Shown piece by piece: positions 48,743-53,032 of a stretch of 53,032 bases of DNA (the first letter of the stretch is position 1; each line of letters opens with the position of its first letter). The stretch comes from an uncultured Candidatus Bathyarchaeia archaeon (GTDB taxonomy: Archaea; Thermoproteota; Bathyarchaeia; 40CM-2-53-6; JALHTG01), in assembly GCA_964653695.1 (NCBI GenBank), contig CAZZFQ010000003.1, forward strand, positions 1 to 53,032, given 5' to 3'. The notes under the pieces were generated by a model that was given only the letters and a program-made list of their open reading frames with translations, did not search any database and was not told where the DNA came from. The translations under genes and the position numbers were made by a program.

Positions 48743-48849
48743 GCCCCGGTGGCTCAGCCTGGTAGAATAGAGAATACCAAAAGCGCCGCCTTGGTAACCT
48801 TACAACAATGAGGCGAAGGTCGCGGGTTCAATTCCCGCCCGGGGCTCCA
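48743..48849 (+). tRNA. tRNA-Thr (anticodon GGT) with two intron-like insertions and a genomically encoded CCA
   Basis: - Acceptor GCCCCGG/CCGGGGC (7/7).
- D-stem GCTC / GA^GC, split by 16 nt (48767-48782).
- Anticodon arm CCGCC-TTGGTAA...GGCGA, split by ~14 nt (48798-48811).
- Variable loop AGGTC.
- T-arm GCGGG-TTCAATT-CCCGC.
- Discriminator T, then CCA. Confidence 0.75.
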
Positions 48850-48885
48850 TAGTTCTGGCGCCTGGCGCCGCTAGCCTACATCCCT

Positions 48886-49101
48886 CTACCTTCTCTTCAG
48901 AATCAATTGCAGCACAGCAAAGGCCAAGAAGGCGATTCCAGCGTAGACGAGACTGCGCGTCAGAAACCATACAACTGCTGCCGCAGCCATTGGTAATATC
49001 AACTGCACTACTGCTTTCAGCAGAAGTATTATGATTAGACCCACGATAATCAGCGCCATGAAGATTGTGAGCTCAGAGAATGATGGGAGAGCCATCTCCA
49101 C
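48886..49101 (-). CDS. 71-aa two-TM membrane protein
   Basis: Two long hydrophobic helices. Immediately downstream of 49130-49903 on the same strand. Confidence 0.5.
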   Translation of the reverse strand: MEMALPSFSELTIFMALIIVGLIIILLLKAVVQLILPMAAAAVVWFLTRSLVYAGIAFLAFAVLQLILKRR

Positions 49102-49129
49102 GACCTATCTCCCAGCCGAGCGTTTCGAA

Positions 49130-49903
49130 TCACTTGTGAACATGTGGTTGGTATCTTCTACAGTATGGGCAGTAGAGGATGTTCGGATCGGTGGTTAACT
49201 GGAGTTGCTGTCCGCAGAAACCACAGTTCTCGTGGATGAAGATTCCATGCCAAGATCGGCCGGCGTGAAGGGTTCCAGGATGGGAGTAGTCCTCTTGGGC
49301 CCCTTCTGCCATGATTGCGGCTAATTCTGGACTAGGCTGGGTCACTGTCGGAGCATAAGGTTGAGCAGCGACAAACCAGGCGAGGCCACAGGCTGGGCAC
49401 AGATTGATGTCAGGACTGGCAGTTGCAACCAGGGCCCCACCGCATCGGTGACATTGAAGACGCATACCGGTCAGCCGCCTCACCTGTTGAAGTAGGTTCC
49501 TATTGGCCTCAGCCAGCTCTGCCGTCCTACTTGTTTCCATTCTTCGGGCCTGTTCACTGGCCTCAACACGCGTTGCCAAAGCCTTGACCTCTGCGGAGGC
49601 CTTCTGCAGCTGTTCCTCTAAGGCTCTATTTCGCAACGTGAGCTGCCTTTCCATCTCTGCTCTACGGGTTTCCTCCTCAGCCTTGAGCCTCTCTGTTAGG
49701 ACCCTCGTCTCTTCCGCGCTCTTGCGGAGACGTTCTTCCAAAGCTTCGCTTCGCTGGGATAGATCACCAACGGTTCGATGAAGATCATCATAGCGCTTAG
49801 CAAGCTCTGCTGATGCCGGCGAGGATACTAACTGGATTCCACAACTTGAGCAGTATATCGCGTCATCATTGTTGCATGCACAGCATTCTGGACAAACTAT
49901 CAT
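49130..49903 (-). CDS. Triple zinc-ribbon coiled-coil protein (paralog 4 N-terminus)
   Basis: 'MIVCPECCACNNDDAIYCSSCG'. ~110-aa charged heptad-like region. 'CHRCG...CPACG' and 'CGFCG...CPYC'. Confidence 0.75.
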   Translation of the reverse strand: MIVCPECCACNNDDAIYCSSCGIQLVSSPASAELAKRYDDLHRTVGDLSQRSEALEERLRKSAEETRVLTERLKAEEETRRAEMERQLTLRNRALEEQLQKASAEVKALATRVEASEQARRMETSRTAELAEANRNLLQQVRRLTGMRLQCHRCGGALVATASPDINLCPACGLAWFVAAQPYAPTVTQPSPELAAIMAEGAQEDYSHPGTLHAGRSWHGIFIHENCGFCGQQLQLTTDPNILYCPYCRRYQPHVHK

Positions 49904-50358
49904 ACTTGGGCATCCCCCAAGAAACGTTCAATCTTCAGCACGCTGTTCTTAGCAAGCTAGACTTAAGCCTTTTCGGATAAGGCTATGAAGACCATGATTG
50001 AATGGGAACTGTCGCCCAATTACTCTTCTTTATCAGTCTGATTTTTGGGTAGAGGCCTCTTCCTCTCTTGAAATATCTAGAAAAAGCTAGATGTGCGCCA
50101 TTCACCAAGCAAGCCGTGGGATGCAGCTCAATATCTGATTCGTGCATTAACGATTGCCGGAAGAACAAGCGAGAAACTTCAAGGCCCTGTAACGGCTCGC
50201 CGAAGTATGTGTGTGGAATTGGGCCTAGGCTGAATGGTCCCGGCGGGTCGATCGAGTATTCTCTTCTTGAAAGAACTTGGGGAGGGAAGAACCCTGACGC
50301 GGCCCATTGTCGACAAGTATTCTCTGCTTAGTCTACCCGTACTTGCTCTCTGTTCGTG

Positions 50359-51783
50359 CTATACTATGGGGATGAACGAGGTTGATTCTAACCCTTTTTC
50401 AACATCAACAGTCACAGCGTAGAGAGAAGTCCTGGGCTTCACCCCATACATGAGCACACTTCCGTCTCTGTCGAACAGGCGAAGATGAGTCGCCGCAACA
50501 TTGGTAACGGTTCTTGCAATGTTCTCTAGTCCAGGTTTCGCCAGTACTACAGCAAGCTCTCTGTGGCGAATTACATTCGTTGACAACTCACTAAGCACCT
50601 TGTCCGCATGCCCGAGTCCAAATATGTCGACGAAATGATCCAAGGCGACCCACCAGATCACGGGCTTTCCTGTTTGTTCCCTTAGCTTGTCTCCGACCTG
50701 CAAGTATTCCCTCACGTTATCTTCGGGCTTCTCGCTGTTCAAAGTGGCTAGGTATGGCTTTTCCTGTTCTATGCCCACTCGCAGTTTCTCTACAGATCTA
50801 CCGTATTCAGCGTTTTCTCCTGCAATAGCTCTCCATCTTCCATAGGTGCGTGCCGGGTCTGCCCCCAAGGACTGTATTCCAACAAGTGGTGACCTATTGT
50901 TAAGAAAATTCCCAACTATCGGATATGATATAGCACCGAAAACTGACAATGGGATCGCTTCGCCGACTTCGAGAAGCACCATGGTTCCTCTCGGGTATCC
51001 TCCTCCCATTATTCTGTCCAGCGATGCGTTCCCAGTTGAGAAATAGTTGTCAGAATCTGGAGTCCGTTTCATTTTTTCCATCCGGGCCAATGCCTCATGA
51101 GTGAACGGTGGAATTAGTGTGAAGCCACCTTCCAATGTAAATGGATGAGAGGGTGAGTCTATTCTAGTTCCTCGGAGTTTGGCGATCTCAAGTTCTCGCA
51201 GGGTTCTTCCCTGATATACGAGCCTTCTAAGGATGAATACACCGTCTGCTATGAAATCCTCAGCAGATTCACCTATTTTCGATCCATCTGACGCTATCTC
51301 CTTTGTGACCAGAGTGGTGCATCCATAGCTCGGAATGAGCTTGGTGAGGACTGTGTGGGTAAAGATGCGAGACTCGCGTCCGTCAGTGAAGGTCTGGGAT
51401 AGTGCCGTAACTGAGTCAATTACAAGCCTCTTCACCCCCTCATCCTTGATTGTCGTCATTATGGCATCCATCATTGCCGGTACTCCCTCGCTCTTCATAG
51501 AAGGAAAAGTGAGGATCTTGATCATTCCTCTCTTTTCGAGATCGGAAAAATGCGGCCCGAAATGATGTGAGAGGTGGGTCGTCAGGGTCTCTTTCGACTC
51601 AAGTAGAGACACGTACAAGCCCTTCTCATTGTAGACGTGTGCTCCCTTTTCCAAGAATCGGCAGGACATGGAAGTCTTCCCCGTGCCTGGGGCTCCTGCC
51701 AATAGGAGTAGGATGCCCTTCGGAAGCCCCCCTTCGATAAGGGGGTCCAGTCCGTTAATCCCCGTCGGAACTCTTTCCAACAT
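50359..51783 (-). CDS. KaiC/RecA-superfamily ATPase, two-domain, second P-loop degenerate
   Basis: Domain 1 'GGLPKGILLLLAGAPGTGKTS'. Domain 2 'GGGYPRGTMVLLEVGEAIPLS' lacks GxxGxGK[ST]. Confidence 0.85.
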   Translation of the reverse strand: MLERVPTGINGLDPLIEGGLPKGILLLLAGAPGTGKTSMSCRFLEKGAHVYNEKGLYVSLLESKETLTTHLSHHFGPHFSDLEKRGMIKILTFPSMKSEGVPAMMDAIMTTIKDEGVKRLVIDSVTALSQTFTDGRESRIFTHTVLTKLIPSYGCTTLVTKEIASDGSKIGESAEDFIADGVFILRRLVYQGRTLRELEIAKLRGTRIDSPSHPFTLEGGFTLIPPFTHEALARMEKMKRTPDSDNYFSTGNASLDRIMGGGYPRGTMVLLEVGEAIPLSVFGAISYPIVGNFLNNRSPLVGIQSLGADPARTYGRWRAIAGENAEYGRSVEKLRVGIEQEKPYLATLNSEKPEDNVREYLQVGDKLREQTGKPVIWWVALDHFVDIFGLGHADKVLSELSTNVIRHRELAVVLAKPGLENIARTVTNVAATHLRLFDRDGSVLMYGVKPRTSLYAVTVDVEKGLESTSFIPIV

Positions 51784-51930
51784 GGTTTTCCCCTAGGAGG
51801 ATTGGCTCTGGATATGTGCCTTTGCCTTTAAGATTTGTTTGCCCTGAAAAATATGACATGTAGGAATGTGTACAGCCCTCCAGGGAGAGGTCAGTCGTGT
51901 CTCAGTCAGAGCGTTGATAACTGGCTTGAC

Positions 51931-53032
51931 CTACCGTATGCTAGACCTATCAAGGTTCACATAGTGCACTGAGCAGGAGATGCAGGGATCATAGGCTCTG
52001 ACTAACATCTCGCATCTGAGCGTTGCCTCTTCGTCAGTTAGGTCAGCGATAGCTGGCACAAGTTGTCGAAGGTCGTTCTCTATATTTCTGGCATTGTGAG
52101 CCGTAGGTGTGACTATGTCCGCCTTCTTGACGCCTCCGTCATCTCCGATTTCATAGCCATGATAAAGGATGCCTCGAGGAGCCTCTGTGACGGCGAAGCC
52201 GGTCCCTGACCTAACCTCATATGATCTGTCCTCCTCTCTGAGCGGAATCCTGTCAATTATCTTTATGCAATCATCGACTGCATTGATGACCTCCAGAGCC
52301 CTAGCCATATGTGACATAAACGGGTTGAAGTTCGGCACCTCGAACCCGATTTCCTTGGCCAACTTCCTCGCATCGTCTGACAGTCTATCAAAGTTCAAGT
52401 TCACCCTTGCCAAAGGGCCAACCAGGAACGAGCCTCTTCCAACTACTTGCGAATGCTTCGCCCAGGAGTAATCTACCTGCGACTCCTTGATGTATTCGCG
52501 ATACTCGTTCTCCTCGATTCTCATGCCTTCAGTCGATACGAGTGAGCCTTCGTTAATCGCGAACTCTTCGGACGTGGAGAGCGCCACGTGCTCTGACTTT
52601 CTTGTGAACTTGGGTATCTTCAACGAGGAGAAGAACTCAACAGTATCGTAGGCATCTTGCTTCGCATCGGCCAATTTCTTGCGCATCGACTCCATGTCTT
52701 CCTTGTCAGGAATCTTTGTGAACCCATTTACCATGGCTGATGTAGGATGGATGGCTCTAGCACCCACAAGCTCGATGAGGTCGTTCCCCAGCTTCTTCAG
52801 CTTCAGGGCTCGCTTGACAGTTGCAAGATGTTCCTTCGCCATTGAGAAGATGCTTTCGTAGCCGAGGTAGTCAGGTGCCGCCAGAAAGTATAGGTTGAGT
52901 ATGTGGCTTTGAATGTGGCATCCATAATTCATAAGTCTTCTGAGATCCCTTGTCTGTTCGCTCACATCTATGCCCAACGCGTTCTCGATTGCACGAAGGG
53001 CGGTGATTTGGTGGGGTACTGGGCATATGCCA
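51931..53032 (-). CDS. [NiFe]-hydrogenase large subunit (probably group 3), N-terminus truncated by the window end
   Basis: C-terminal 'DPCISCSVH' plus a short tail. The frame stays open to 53032 and reads '...GICPVPHQITALRAIENALGI', part of the N-terminal RxCGxC motif. Confidence 0.9.
   Translation of the reverse strand, partial: GICPVPHQITALRAIENALGIDVSEQTRDLRRLMNYGCHIQSHILNLYFLAAPDYLGYESIFSMAKEHLATVKRALKLKKLGNDLIELVGARAIHPTSAMVNGFTKIPDKEDMESMRKKLADAKQDAYDTVEFFSSLKIPKFTRKSEHVALSTSEEFAINEGSLVSTEGMRIEENEYREYIKESQVDYSWAKHSQVVGRGSFLVGPLARVNLNFDRLSDDARKLAKEIGFEVPNFNPFMSHMARALEVINAVDDCIKIIDRIPLREEDRSYEVRSGTGFAVTEAPRGILYHGYEIGDDGGVKKADIVTPTAHNARNIENDLRQLVPAIADLTDEEATLRCEMLVRAYDPCISCSVHYVNLDRSSIR

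Noticed and set aside
48432-48770. 112-aa plus-strand ORF.
   Set aside because: It is antisense to the zinc-ribbon gene 47936-48481 and runs into the tRNA. Its composition is Ser/Leu-rich and it has no motif.

Overview
This window looks like an archaeal chromosome segment of about 50% GC, read by eye only with no searches run. The archaeal call rests on several things:
- a tRNA with two intron-like insertions and an encoded CCA
- tungsten-type aldehyde:ferredoxin oxidoreductase
- a two-subunit 2-oxoacid:ferredoxin oxidoreductase
- cupin-type phosphoglucose isomerase
- a KaiC-like ATPase
- a [NiFe]-hydrogenase large subunit
- A/T-rich TATA-like boxes about 26 nt upstream of start codons

Layout:
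1. **1-4.6 kb:** a decayed accessory island. It holds a TnpB-only IS200/IS605 element, a DUF3800-like remnant, a nucleotidyltransferase remnant and two intact HEPN/minimal-nucleotidyltransferase pairs.
2. **5-17 kb:** secreted proteins. These are a C25-like cysteine peptidase plus four proteins that share a portable domain of about 190 aa. That domain is fused to a 7-blade propeller, a TIM-barrel glycosidase-like domain, an SGNH-like domain or a 5-blade propeller. Two retropepsin-like aspartic protease genes are interspersed.
3. **17-23 kb:** a SHOCT-tailed membrane protein, a wHTH + MinD/ParA pair, and a GNAT / PIG-L deacetylase / B12-radical-SAM operon.
4. **23-38 kb:** a cell-envelope glycan locus. 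It contains:
   - an 896-aa sequon-rich surface protein co-oriented with rmlC/epimerase/rmlD/rmlA-like genes
   - GT2 and GT4 glycosyltransferases
   - a Wzm/Wzt ABC exporter
   - cupin PGI
   - a Dol-P-sugar synthase-like GT2, a DUF2304-like gene and a 662-aa polytopic membrane protein
5. **39-45 kb:** a redox block of AOR, a DUF1847-like gene and OFOR alpha/beta. Two small Cys-rich ORFs that I found by hand, below the ORF-track cutoff, precede it. One is a clear desulforedoxin-like protein. The other is a 43-aa, 11-Cys peptide lying in frame with OFOR-alpha across a single TAG.
6. **45.5-50 kb:** a cluster of paralogous zinc-ribbon membrane and coiled-coil proteins around tRNA-Thr(GGU).
7. 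**50-53 kb:** the KaiC-like ATPase and a partial [NiFe]-hydrogenase large subunit.

I saw no CRISPR array, rRNA or reverse transcriptase. The most interesting candidates are the shared secreted-protein module, the small Cys-rich ORFs with the in-frame TAG upstream of OFOR, the RHH/DUF5678-like + DTGF-protease cassette, and the zinc-ribbon paralog cluster.
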